NCBI GenBank assembly: GCA_951406725.2
Contig: OX597823.1
Coordinates: 70,680,001-70,744,000, forward strand
Length of the DNA: 64,000 nt
Reading direction: 5' to 3'
From: Octopus vulgaris
Lineage: Eukaryota
A model generated the notes under the pieces. That model did not search any database. It was given only the letters and a program-made list of their open reading frames with translations, and was not told where the DNA came from. Made by a program: the position numbers and the translations under genes. Below are positions 50,865-64,000 of the stretch, piece after piece (the first letter of the stretch is position 1; each line of letters opens with the position of its first letter).

Positions 50865-51462
50865 TCACACACATACGCACACACATGCACACATGTATGT
50901 AATATGTATATATTATATAAAAGTAGGAATATATATATAAAATAGGAATTGGATATGTAGACAAACAGATGGATAAGTACGGACAGACAAGCACATACCC
51001 GCACACACTCACACACATGCATACACAAAATGAGTCAGAAACACATGACCATATACATATACGCATACTCCACACACAGACAAGGTACACACACAAATAC
51101 ACACACATAAATACACGAACATGCACACACAAACACGAATATGCAGAATATATACATACAAACGTACAAACATACACATGCGTATACATATATATGCATA
51201 CACACACATGAATACATCTATCCTTCCATCCATCCATCCATCCATCCATACATACATACATATACACGTGCGCACAAACAAGCAAGAAGAACGCAGCTCT
51301 GATAAAGGACAGAGTCAACGACTATTGAAAAGGTTGCAAGGTGCAACGAAAATTGTAGAAAAAATAAAATGAGTGGAAAATTGAACCGGTGAGTGTGTTA
51401 AATAAGGCACTAAAAGTGAATGACTCTCCCCAGACACAATATATATATATATATATATATAA

Positions 51463-51821
51463 ATCTGTAAAAGTAATATGTGACAATTATTCGGTAGCCA
51501 TGATAAAACTCCGAGTTTCGGATGTCGAGGTGGAAATTCACGCCTCCATCTCTTCAGTTATCCGGCCATCGGAAAAATGCTATGAAAGATGACCGTTATA
51601 CAAAGGGAAATTACTGTGTGATTGACCGTTATTAAGACAAAAGACCTATTCGAATGGCCGCTAAGTGAGGGGGTAAAAAGTTCATAGTATTCGCGTAAGC
51701 GCGCCTGTTCATACCTACACATGTGCGCCCGCACACCCACGTGCGTGCGCCGTAACATATTACTTTTACAGATAAATTCCTCTATTTACATAATATCGAG
51801 GTCTCTTTCTTTTGATTTTAT

Positions 51822-51824
<3 letters not shown>
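51463..51824 (-). mobile_element. Short Penelope-like non-autonomous element: 19-bp inverted termini, hammerhead, one-sided extension, in (TA)n
   Basis: ATCTGTAAAAGTAATATGT 51463-51481 and its reverse complement 51755-51773. Confidence 0.7.
51502..51562 (-). ncRNA. Type I hammerhead ribozyme
   Basis: GATAA-CTGAAGA-GATG GAGG..CCTC ga CATC C-GAAA-CTC G GAG-TT-TTATC; GUU site. Confidence 0.75.
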
Positions 51825-51873
<49 letters not shown>

Positions 51874-52343
51874 TATATGAATTGATGAACTTGTCCTGCC
51901 TTGATTAATTGTTTTGCTCCTCTTTAAATTTTATATATATATACATTCGTTGTTCAAGTTGGACGAATGGGGAACGTGTGCTCAGTAGACGTTTTATTTT
52001 CCAAAATAAAGTACGCTGCGCCGTGAAGAGACAATGTCAAAGTATAAAATATATTCATAAAAAGGTTTTGATTAAAAATTTATTGCAATTTTTATTAACG
52101 TGTTACTTATGTTTCATTCTAAAGGAACCCATACCTCACCAAATTATTACTGCACGCCATCTTGAGAAACTGGCTTAGACTCACTTCGTCTTTTCCTCTG
52201 TAGCACACGGAGAGCAGCAGGCAATCATAAATGTATTTAAAATTTTGTCACGCACTTTAAATACAAGTATATTAAATACAAGTGACTACATCTACTTGGC
52301 GTTTCGGTAGGCGTTTTCCACCCTGTTGATAGGCTACCAAATT

Positions 52344-53143
52344 TCAGTGGCAGGACGAAGTCAAAGTGACTAGAGATATGTTGGGATGCAGCAGGTGGGC
52401 GCAGGGTTCTTCGTGTCTCACTGTGCCATTTCTGCACTCCACAACGCTGGCTGGTCAATTCTCCTGCCCACTGAACCAATCTCGTGGTCCCCTCTGCACA
52501 GTCCACTGGGTTCAGTCTTCACAAGCATAACGAGACAAGTCTTAGCTCACCGAGAGTTGAAGGCCGTCGGCTACCCTCACCATGGTTTAACCGCCCTGTG
52601 GAAGCCATTTCCCGGGGCGTGGACGCTGTTACAAGTAGACCGCTTCGAGGATCCACAAGTGAGAGCTAGGTGCCAGGTGAGGACCAAACCAGGCGAAGAG
52701 TATAACATGTTCCTTCGTCATAGGTACTACCCCACCCAGAGGAGAGCGCATGTCAGGTGGACAGACCATCATGTTCGAATGTCTGACACGCGACTCCCCA
52801 AGAGACTGTTTTACAGAGAACTGGCGAAAGGCAAACGCACACAAGGTGGACAAAAGAAGCGCTTTAAGGTTACAGTCAAAGTCTCACTGAAGAGCTTTGA
52901 GATCAACTCTGAGACCTGGGAAACGCAAGTGCAAGACCGCCCTTCAAGTCGAAGCTGCATCAACAGAGTTGCCGCCTCCTACGAACAAAACAGGATTGAA
53001 AGGGCACAAAAAAAAATGCGAACTGCGCAAGTCCAGAGCCAACTCCTTGCCTTCACTCCTAGCAGACCACCAGTGCCCGCCCTGCGACAGAGATTTCCGA
53101 GCATTCATCGGACTGGTCGGCAACGACGGATGAACTAATAATA
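52344..53143 (+). mobile_element. Bipartite non-autonomous RTE/BovB-like element with 15-bp TSD
   Basis: TSD ATAGGCTACC(A/G)AATT at 52329-52343 and 53144-53158; 3' half RMSDTRLPKRLFYREL..GGQKKRFK..CPPCDRDF; (TAA)n tail. Confidence 0.8.
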
Positions 53144-54812
53144 ATAGGCTACCGAATTGATAAATAAGGTAGCAAAACTGCTAACAATTTTAGTTGTATG
53201 GCATTTTTCTGGTGAAATTATGTTGCTAGCTGTTCCACCACTCACAAATATTATTTTTACATACCTGACACAAGAAATTTATCAAGACTGATTTCAAACT
53301 GGAGTATTGTTTTCTATGTAATATTATATATTGAAGTTACTGTGGTCGTTCATTTTCTCCAATCATGTTCTATTATGGTCGCATTTTTAGCTTTAATTCG
53401 CCTTGGCTCGCAAGACATAAAAACATATTCAATTCGGCCCGCCTTAAAATATAACGACTTCTGTTCAATTGCACTGGAGCATCCCTGAAGACTTCTCCGC
53501 CAACGAAAGATAAACTATAATAGTTTCAGTTACCTTATTGAGATAAGATGGGTCCGGTGCAAACCAGCAAAGAGCCTTAGGTTGCTAGACAGGTCCGTAC
53601 CTAGTGTAGGATCCTACAAGATAAGGAGTACAACTGGGATGAATCAGAATCCATTGCTGAAGGCAGGAAAATGCTGAGAATTATTACCAGTAGTCTACAT
53701 TATTCTAGTGATAGTAAAATAAAAAGTAAGCACTCACACTGTATACTACGTACTAGTAAGATATCAAATAATATTGCTTCTCTATAAAGTACAACATATT
53801 ATCATTAGTAATACAGAATCTTTTCTCAGTTCTTATTCTCCCTTAGTCTGATTTGTTCAGAGTTAAGCTTTTATTTGGAGAATGTCGTTGACAGGGAATA
53901 GATTGCTATCCTGTTCACCACAAATTCTCCTCAAAGTGAATAGTTAACATAAAACAAAGAGGTACATACGCATACAAATAATGGTTTTCTAATATAGGCT
54001 TTTTACAACAATAATGAATGCTTCTCCCCTTAAGTCTAAGAATCTGTTCTCATTGCAATTAATGAGTTGCCGTATTTTAAAGAATATTGATCAATTCTCC
54101 AAGGCATTTCTGCAACGAATTCACTACTAATATCTTGAAAGTCTGAAAGAGAATATTGACTGTGTGTCTTAGTGTTTTTCATTCGCGCGAAATTGAAAAT
54201 GAATCATTTCAGACACGAACGATTTCAATGTTAGAAAGTATTAATCCCATTGACTACATTGATTCATTATAGTTTTTTCTCTTCGTTTTTCCCTTTTTCT
54301 TGAAAGTGACACAGAAATAAGAGTTAACAACAAAAGAAGAACTGGAAGAGAAACAAGCAGAATAACATCAACTTTTTCTCTTGCAACAGGAAGAGTCTGC
54401 CAGTTAATCTGCATATTACTTAATTTACTGTCGTGTGAATGGTATTATAAATGGCTTTGGAATTTGAACAAACGTCCAGAAATATAATCTATTCTACATA
54501 TCTGAAACCTTTTCTCTTCCACATCATGTGTTATGGTTGTGTGCAAGCACGTTTCTGCTGCTGTTTAGATCCTGCATAGTCCTAATCGAGCAGATCTATG
54601 ATCAAAGGCACTCAATCCAGGATTCCCATCTCTTATTAGGACTACGCTAGCCAACGCGTTTTTTCTTTTTTCCATTTTTAGGACTATAGAGTGTGAACTG
54701 TGAAAGATTTCACTGCCAGTTATTTCTAGCAAGTCGAGCAAACACATTAGCTCGTGAGCAGGTTTGACTTTATGTTCAATATCATTTATGTATTAATGTT
54801 TCTCATTCTAAA

Positions 54813-55390
54813 GGCGGTGAGCTGGCAGAAACGTTATCGCGCCGGGCGAAATGCTTAAAGGTATTTCGTCTGCCGTTACGTTCTGAGTTCAAATTCCCCC
54901 GAGGTCGACTTTGCCTTTCATCCTTTCGGGGTCGATAAATAAAGTACCAGTTACGCACTGGGGTCGATATAATCGACTTAATCCCTTTGTCAGTCCTTGT
55001 TTGTCCCCTCTATGTTTAGCCCCTTGTGGGCAATAAAGAAATAGGTATTTCGTCTGCTGCTACGTTCTGAGTTTAAATTCCACCGAGGTCGACTTTACCT
55101 TTCATCCTTTCGGGGTCGATTAAATAAGTACCAGTTACGCACTGGGTCGATATAATTGACTTAATCCGTTTGTCTGTCCTTGTTTGTCCTCTCTGCGTTT
55201 AGCCCCTTGTGGGTGGTAAAGAAATAAGTATTACGTCTGCCTCTACGTTCTGAGTTCAAATTCCGCCGAGGTCGACTTTGCCTTTCATCCTTTCGGGGTC
55301 GATAAATTAAGTATCTTCTGCGTACTGGGGTCGATCTAATCGACTGACCCCCACCCACAAAATTTCGGCCCTTATGCCTAGAGTAGAAAA
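54813..55390 (+). mobile_element. Trimeric SINE family A within a single TSD
   Basis: TSD TAAT(G/A)TTTCTCATTCTAA at 54794-54811 and 55391-55408; three gttctgagtt..ggggtcgat cores. Confidence 0.9.
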
Positions 55391-55827
55391 TAATATTTCT
55401 CATTCTAATCGAGCATATTTACTCCATTCATCCGTCATAATTACTCAACATACTTGCTAATATGTAAATAGCATTTCCACGCCAGGCAGAATGCTTAGCA
55501 GCACCTCGTCCGTTTTTATGTTCTGAGTCCAAATTCCTCTGAGGTCGACTTTGCCTTTCATCCTTTCGGGGTCGATAAAGCAAGTACTAATCAAGCACTG
55601 GAGTTGATGTAATCGATTTACTTCCCCATCCCCCTGAACTTGCTGATCTTGAGCCAAAATTTGAAACCAATATGTAAGTATTACTTCGGAGAAAGGAGTA
55701 TGATGGTACCTACTTTTAAAAAGAAAAAGTATTTGACTGGAAAAATAATTCAGGTAAAAATATACCTCACCTCACCCTCCAAGAAGAAGATGCATATTAT
55801 TTATAAGATACGCACACACATACATAA

Positions 55828-55882
<55 letters not shown>

Positions 55883-56044
55883 CTACCTCAGTTCATCTAA
55901 TTGTATAATCTTTCGTTACTTTTCATAAAAAGCCTTTACTTTTTTTATTTACAATGTGCATTTTCGTTGATTTTTCTTACTTTCCCCTTACGTTACCACG
56001 TGTAGTTTCTATTTTCTTTTTGTAACATATTTCTATTATATATG

Positions 56045-56109
<65 letters not shown>

Positions 56110-57559
56110 ACAGAGAGAGAGAAAGAGTAGCATAAAAGAGTGATCAAGAAAAGTTTTTCTTGTGGATGTAGTAAATACATAAAATTTATCTTTTCTTACA
56201 TTAGTAAAAGCTTTTATGATAGAATATTAAGAGATAAGATTCTGGTCTTTTATGCTACACCATACACAACACAAACGCAAATACCTTGTTGTTAGATACA
56301 TTTTATTTGTGGAAAGAAAATGAAAGATCAGTCGGACTAGTCTCAATCCTGACTTGGAAAAAGAGATGCTGCTTATAGACTTTTAGTAAGGTCTTAAGTA
56401 AATTTTAATATAAAATGCATAACTGGTAACTTGTTCGAATTATAAAATACTATTGTGTGTAGCAGACAGATGTAAACACCCATTCTCTCGACAGTGAGTT
56501 GAAGTGAGCGCCGATTGTCAGGCACGTTTTCCTAGAGATTTTATCATGGCCAAGTCCGTACATTTGGGGAATTCAGTGATCTAAAATGAACGCTTCTAGA
56601 TATCTGAAGATATTCAACCACCTTGGTTCTCTCGAGGTATAGACAGCCACTAATCTGCAATCACCGGCCTCACAGCCTGCTGTGCTCAGTATCACCAACT
56701 TAACACTGGGTCTAAGAAGGTCATCTGCACCTGGAAATCCTTCGTGCCCCATCGAGTAACTATTGTTTATATTAACAAATGTTGACAGAGTCCAGCGCTT
56801 CGGTCTTTGGTTCTTGTCATTGTTTCTGTTGCTGCTTTTGTTGTTGTTAGCGATATTGTTTCTTTTCGATTTTATGCAGTAACTGTTCAGTTGCGTAGCT
56901 GGTAAATGAACGTTCTAATGTTCAGTTCGATATGAATCTAGTTTTATTCCTATTTTTTCCTACTGACCAAGATCTTTTATCGTGAACTTTCTATATCAGA
57001 TTTTCTATGATGTATTATAAATTGTGTAGTATTGTAATAGTTTATACTCATCTGTCTACTGTTGTTAATTCATTTAACGACCAGATGGGAATATTATAAC
57101 TATAACTTGTTATTGTAACAGCTTGAGTTTTGCCTCTGTTTAAGAATTAATCTATTTCTTCTATATTTCTTTCTCTTTTTGTGTTTTTTAATTCGATAAC
57201 TTCATTGATTCCTCATAATTTGAAAGTTTGTTTTTGTCTACTTATTTTATCTCTATTTCTTTATTTCATCTAATATTAATGTTCTTAATTAATTTTCCCT
57301 TTTACTTAAATTTTCTCTCGCATATATTTTTCATCAACTTTCGTTCTTCAATTAAATCCGCACCTGCGTAGTGTCTCTACTAGTTTACTGTCTGCAGCAT
57401 CTACTTGATCTCGCCCAACTATAAAATATGGTTCATTGTCCTACAATCGCATTTCTATTCAGGCTCAGTCTTGTATAACTGTCTCTGATAGTTGTTGGCG
57501 CTTGACAAAAGGCTAGAGAGTGGGGAGCCGTTGGAAATATTCTTCCGTTTAATAAAGAC

Positions 57560-58100
57560 AGATTATTTCCGATCCCTGCTTTTGTCTTTATCTGCAAATT
57601 GTTAATTCCTGACTAACATTAACGTTATCCACGCAAGGGAAACGCTTTAAAAGTCTTCTTGTGTACATTGCAGACTCTGTTCAGAACATTCTTTCTCCCA
57701 CAGGATTCGATAATGATTAATAGTTGACGAACAATAATTGATCATTATAGCCATATAATTGTTCGCAACATCCATTCTGCTTTAGTGGAAACAGGCTGCT
57801 TTTCCTGCATGTCTATCTATACTCTGCGATGTTATCATAGTTAACACTTTCTAGGTAGGCAGATTATGAGTCTATAACTTATTTTATTATTTATATATAT
57901 ATTTTTTAGTGTTGGGGATTGAAATAGCTTTTTCAATGAGCCAGTCATATTTTGTCTTTGGTTCTTTCGGCATCTTATTCAAACTTACTTATCAGTTCCT
58001 TACGTGTCTCTTAACTAGAAGTTTGGAATATTATTGATTCCTGGTGTCATATAGTTATTTGTGGCGTCTAGCTTGCTTCTTGTGATGTTACACCTCATAG
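57560..58100 (-). mobile_element. Highly decayed non-LTR RT fragment, possibly R4/Dong
   Basis: Faint motifs GINNIPNF, DWLIE, ICLP, LFPLKQNGC..DQLL across frameshifts. Confidence 0.35.
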
Positions 58101-58649
58101 GCTGCTGCATTTGTTGTTTTGAACAGTCTTATCTGTGGCAATTTCTTCGTTTTAAATTCTCCTCCTCAGAATATTTTTAATCACTGTTAATTTTGCATTG
58201 ATTACCATTTTGTTTAAACTGGTTCTTGGGGGAAAAAAATCTTGTTGTTATTTTTCATTTTAATTCCTAAATTTTTTCTATCTTTATATTATTGTTATAC
58301 GTTCATAATTTCCGCCTTTACAATTTATTATTCTTAAATATCCATATTCTCTTTTATTCATATTTTTTGTTTGAGTTGTTCTCGTCTGTTTTTTTTTTTA
58401 TTTGTGTTCAGTAAGCATTTATCTGTATTCAGTAACCGTTGAAGGGCTTGGCTTTATTATGGTTTGTAATTTACTATTAACTTTTTAACCACCTCCTCCA
58501 GTTCGAAGGTTAATGGTGGGCATCTCGACTACGGCGATATACAGTTTAAGGTTAAAAATAGTTGTACAGTATATCGAGGAATATTTCGTTAATTATCATT
58601 GCTCAACTTCATTCCCTTGATTATGACGGAAAGTCAGCAAGAAACCACG

Positions 58650-58815
58650 ACGTTCTGAGTTCAAATTCCGCCGAGGTCGACTTTGCCTTTCATCCTTTCG
58701 GCGTCGATTAAATAAGTACCAGTTATGCACTGGGGTCGATGTAATCGACTTAATCCGTTTGTGTGTCCTTGTTTGTCCCCTCTGTGTTTAGCCCCTTGTG
58801 GGTAGTAAAGAAATA
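58650..58815 (+). mobile_element. 5'-truncated SINE family A
   Basis: Begins at acgttctgagttcaaattccgccgagg. Confidence 0.88.
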
Positions 58816-58893
58816 CGTATTATTTTTCTTTTTAAGAGCAGCTAGGTTAAAAGAAATTCCTCACTGGTGATTCAACAAAATTATGGTAACATG

Positions 58894-58894
<1 letters not shown>

Positions 58895-58953
<59 letters not shown>
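58895..58953. repeat. (TAC)n microsatellite
   Basis: Direct reading. Confidence 0.98.
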
Positions 58954-58954
<1 letters not shown>

Positions 58955-60284
58955 TTTCAAACTTGTTAATATTCATTCCATATAACAGCTTGATTAAAAA
59001 GTATTAATGTTTGCGTCCCGTCTTTATTTTAAAGCAATATTCATCCGCCATTTTATTGTCACTTGTGTTCAGACCTAAAAGTAATTATGTCGTTCTTTTT
59101 TTTTTTGTGGAATTCAGAAATTTAATGTTCTATTATTTCGAAAGCTGCTTAACTTTTCATCATGTCTTCAGTTTCTTATTCTTTTGTCTTTCATATTAGC
59201 TCGATAAATGAAAAATATTAAAAGTATTAGAGTGTTTTTTTTTTCCTCCATCAGATACCTTTAGAGTGTTTTGCTCATTACCTAAAACAAGCAGACATTT
59301 AATATTGTATTTTATGTTGTCGTCTTTTCAATAGAATTGTTTTCTATTATCAAATGCCACGCAACACGTAGACAGATATCTATGCAAATCTGTCATCATA
59401 CATAACAATGTTTAGAAACGATATCTAGAAAATGATGTTCAACCACTGACAGAACAATGGTAAAGATTAAATGAATTAGGAGGTTTTCAAATAATACAAA
59501 ATGTAAATTGAAGAATGGGAGAGAATTAAAACTTTACTAAGGAAATGAGTTTCTTTTTTATATATATATATACAAAATAGCAAATATTGAAATTTGTGCT
59601 TTCTTTCAATTTATTATTCTTTCTTTTATTGTTTGAAATAGCGAATGAATTAACAATGAGCACGATAAGATGAGAGATCCTAAATACAATAACTTCTCGA
59701 CAGACGAAATGGAATCTTGATTCCAATTGTAGTCGCTTCACTTTAACTCACTAACTAATGAACTTAATTAGAAACGCAGAGACGTCATAAAATCTAATTT
59801 CTCAACAAGTTAATGCTGACTACGATTAATAAATAAGTTAATGCTGACTACGATTAATAAATAGGCTAATCATGTTCTCATAATTATAAACAATCCAATC
59901 CTGAAAGTAGTTATCTGTTGTTTATCACCATTTATTGCAGTTGCTGGAAACCAAGGAAAATCGAAAAGAAAATGTTATCGAGATTTTGCAAAAGAGGAGG
60001 AAAGGAAACAGTGATGAAAATGGGAGATAGAAGGAGATAAATAGATAGATAGACGGACAGAGAGACAGATAGATACAGAAAGATAGATGGCAAGATTTGT
60101 TAATGTTTACGACAGAGTAGAAAGACAGACATTGATGCACAAGTAAAATATTTTATGTAGACTGACAGGTTCCTTAATGTCATGTTTGAGAAGTGCTCCT
60201 GGATAAACAGTAAAAAGAGACGACAAAAGATAAAAGGAGAAAAAGGAGAGTAAGAGAGGAAAGAGATAAGATAGAAGGCAAAAA

Positions 60285-62325
60285 TGTGTCATCTATAGGG
60301 TATCGATGATTCTGAGTCATACAAGAGAGTAGTAAGAATGGCTGCCTTATAGACCAGTGCTTTGGTGTCGAGTTTGATGCCTCTTTCATTCCATAGGCGA
60401 TGATGGAGTTTGCCAAATGCATTGGTTGACTTTGCAAAACGGTTGACAATTTCATCATCAAGGGAAGCGCTCAAATTCACTTTACTACCAAGATATGTAA
60501 ATGACTTCACATAATTTAAGCTTTACCCCATCAAGCTGTATAGGAGTGTCGGAAAAATTGTGAACCGGTGGCCTCTGCTTGACACCTCGAAATTGTTTAG
60601 GAATAGGGAAAGGTTGGTAGATTACTTCTGTCTTCTTTATGCTGATAGTTAAACCAAAGGCTTTACATGCAGCAGAAAACCGGTCTCGAAGTTCCTGACC
60701 TTCTTCTAAAGTGGTCGCTACTAGTGCATCATCTGCAAAAAGTAGATCACGAATGATATTGGTGCGCAGCAGTGTTCTGGCTTTGAAACGCTGGTGATTG
60801 AATAATCTGGCATTTGTTCGAAACTGGAGTTTGACACCACTTTGTATGTCGCCAAAAGTATATATCAACATTACTGAAAAGAAGAGTGCAAGCAAAACAG
60901 GAGCCATAACACAACCTTGTTTTGTGCCGTTTGTAATGTCAAAGGAAACCAAAGATCCCTCGCCGGACACGATAGCAGCCTTCATTCCCTCATGAAAGGA
61001 GGTGATAACATTCAACAGCTTGTTAGGTATACCAAGCTTTTTCAGAACTTTCCATAGTGCTTACCGGTTAAGTGTTGAAGGCCTTAGTAAGGTCAACAAA
61101 TATCAAGAACAACTCTTGATATTCACATACCTTCTCCATGACTTGTCCATAACAACTCACATTCCTTCTCCATGACCTGTGGGAGGGAAAAGTTCATGTC
61201 AATAGTGCCACGACCAGAGCGAAATCCACACTGTGATTCTGGATAGATATCATTTACAATGTGTTTGATGATCCTGTCAAGAATGAGTCGAGCAAGAATC
61301 TTGCCAGCAAACGACAGAAGCGATATTCCACGATGATTATCGCAGACACTTCTGTTGCCTTTGTTCTTATACAGATGTTGAATTGAGGCATTCTTGAAGT
61401 CCTGTGGTATATGGCCTACCTTACAGATGTTTACGAAGAGGTCGTGCAGTTTCTTAAAAAGTTTCTGTCTACCATATTTCTAAATTTCAGGAGGGATAGC
61501 ATCCCCGTCAGGTGCTTTACCAGAAGAGATCTGTTTAATAAAATTTACCATTTTCGGAAAGGTTGGCTCCAGAAACAGTTCCGGTATTACGGTGTGCTGT
61601 GGAACAGACATTATAACGTCGTCATTAGTGACTGAAGTGGAGTTCAACATGGCTTCACAACGATCTTTCTATCATTTCAGGATATCAAATTTGTCAGTCA
61701 GGAGTGTCTCTCTATTCAATGGAAAATTAGGAGTAACATCATGCTCTTAAGGACCATAAACTTTCTTGAGGCCTTCATAAAAGGTTTTAGAATCCTTTTT
61801 GCCTGCAGCTTCTTGGAGTTCAGTAGCCTTGGCAGATCACCAGTCTCCTTCATCTTTCTCAGGGCATGTTGAACCTGGCCTCTGCATTTCTTGTAGGCAT
61901 TTTCTTTTCTGGATGAACTCCTATCATCTATCCAAGTTTTGTGAGAGCTGTGCATTTTATCTAACTGTTGGACATCTATGTTGTTAACGTTGAACCAATC
62001 TTGATGTGTACGAACAGGAAATTCAAGAACCTCTACAGATGCAGAGTGCGTTGCATCACACAGAGTCGTCCAGGATGATTCTACGTCGTCATTGATATCA
62101 ACAGTGTTGAGTGCACTGTCCAGCTTGATAGAGAGCTCAGTCTGCTTTTCAACAGTTTTCAAAGACAGAACATTAATGCGCTTAGGCACTGATGACGTTT
62201 GTAGTCTTGTGTGTTTCAGATGGAACGTATCCTTGCTACGGAGAAGAGAATGGTCAGAGAGATAGCAGGTGTTATGAAAAGAACGTGTAATATCTCGTTT
62301 CTTAGTGATAACTTAGTCTATCGTT
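60285..62325 (-). mobile_element. RTE/BovB-like LINE internal fragment (end of APE through RT), frameshifted
   Basis: SDHSLL, HQDWF, NHRGISLLSFAGKILAR, SQCGFRSGRGTIDM, FVDLTKAF, GTKQGCVMAP, LLFADD, FGLTISIKKTEV, FTYLGS. Confidence 0.93.
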
Positions 62326-64000
62326 GCCCTGTCGGACTTCGAAACTTTTCAAATGTAAGCTTCTCCTTTTTCCTTCGCTAGACAAATTCTTTTTAACATA
62401 GCAACGTAAATATTTTTATGAAAATGAAACTTTATGGTTCAAGTTTGGCGTACAAAATGCATGAAATCCCACCAATGGTTATATACACAGGCTCAAACAT
62501 CAACGATACTTATAATGTATGTATATATGATTTTTATGAATATGAGTGCGCATGAGCATATGAATATGAATATGAGTGCGCATAAGATAATAACAGGATT
62601 AATTAATCTATGTGGTGCACACACACTTTTGCAAAAATCCAGAGCCAATGCCAGAGAGTTAACAATTAAAGAAGTATTATAAGTTATCTCGCTTGATCTG
62701 TTTGTTTATTGTGAAATCCCGCATATCTTGCGCAACCTCGTGTATTTCCAAACCTAAATGGAGAAGAGTACCAACATTCCCAAGTAGATCACTTGAATAA
62801 TTGCGGCAAAATTTTCACATGAAACTATTGGTTATCTTGTTAATCCCCGAACAAAGAATATTTATCCTATGATGTCTTGCTGAGCACGCATTCTCACGGT
62901 TCAATGCTAGTAGCAAGTATATATACAGACCGTTCATAAATTTGATTTACAACTTCCAAAATTTATTGCATTGTAACGTCTAGATGTGTTGTGTGCAACC
63001 AATGGAGCCTAAGTGAAACTAACTCTGCTGAGTTATGCTCATTTTTTAATCTTTTCTTAATTTTTTTATTGTAAAAGTAAATTATCGCCACTTTGTATAT
63101 ATTCAAATATATATATATAGGCATATATGTATATATAAATACACACATACACGCGCGCGCACGCACGGGGAGTTTTAGAACTTGTTATAAATTGGCTGAT
63201 GTGCTGTCACTGTGTTACAGGCAATGAATAGTTTTTGTTTCTTTGTTATGATATTATGAAATGAAATTATGAACTCTAAAATGATTATTTCAAAGCATGA
63301 TTATTTCACAGAATCATGTTGTTTGATTGAAATATCTGTCTAGCAAAAATACTCTAGGTTTTAAAGAGAAATTAATTCAATTGTGAATGTTTAACTGAAA
63401 CGCTTCTGTTTATAAATTTCCCATAAATACGAAAGATTTCAAATAATAATCAAAGTTCTTATCAGAAATTGACTTGTATAGAAATGTGTGAATCGAAACA
63501 TCCACTTGCTGTCAACGTTCATCACTCTAACATCTTCATCACACTGTGGCACATACATTTAACTGAACAATGTGATCTATTTTATTGTCTGTGTTCACGA
63601 TGGTCTCACTTTCCTCCAGAATGCAACCTATTATCACGAATGGCACAATACAAAATTCTATGCTACCAGTGCAAGGGTCCTGCTATCCTTCGGACAAGAC
63701 TCTTTCGCCTGTTCCGGTTTGTTAGCGAAACAAGTGCACAAAGTTCAGTGTGGCACTCACTTCATCGACTGATACTCCTCTCAGTGGTTTGTGCACATAT
63801 CGGAGTTTCCCCGTGCCTATATAATCCAAAGAAAAATCGCTATTGAGCTATTCTCGGTGGGTTCGGGCGGTATCTACTCTTTTGTTATCCCAAACATACA
63901 AGATATCTCTTCAATTCAACATGTTGACAAAAAAGGCCGCTTTGCTGCTGGTTTTTCACCGTCACAACTGATGCCATGTAGCCCCGAACACATGGTGGGT

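Noticed and set aside
52386-53138. 250-aa ORF as a host gene
   Set aside because: Read-through across a TSD-bounded RTE derivative; only the second half is LINE ORF.
59807-59862. 28-bp tandem duplication (another of about 57 bp near 31905-32010)
   Set aside because: Ordinary slippage duplications with no further structure.
59415-60040. Two exon-like plus-strand segments (near 59415-59460 and from 59941)
   Set aside because: Weak acceptor context and no recognisable protein; cannot be supported without RNA data.
63469-63846. 125-aa ORF near the window end
   Set aside because: TTG start, no recognisable homology or splice signals.

Overview
Eukaryotic, AT-rich, microsatellite- and transposon-dense DNA; the SINE/LINE families look like those of octopods (inference). 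Positions 2.6-20.1 kb (+) hold the last 13 coding exons of a DNAJC2/MPP11/ZRF1 (zuotin-family, two SANT domains) gene; all splice phases chain in frame and the 5' exons lie upstream of the window. The rest is mostly repeats: tRNA-derived SINEs, RTE, CR1 and R4/Dong LINE fragments, near-full-length decayed mariner and Tc1 (IR-DR) elements, a decayed Chapaev3-like transposon and a non-autonomous Helitron. The most notable signal is a set of minimal hammerhead-ribozyme (HHR) motifs in at least six unrelated small non-coding elements: a 353-bp tandem repeat with one canonical HHR per unit (retrozyme-like), a head-to-head tRNA-headed palindrome with an HHR tail, two inverted-terminus elements inserted in (TA)n, and U3-A8 core variants. 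Also present are a perfect 213-bp inverted repeat and templated duplications on both flanks of the Tc1. Coordinates were counted by hand; repeat boundaries are approximate.
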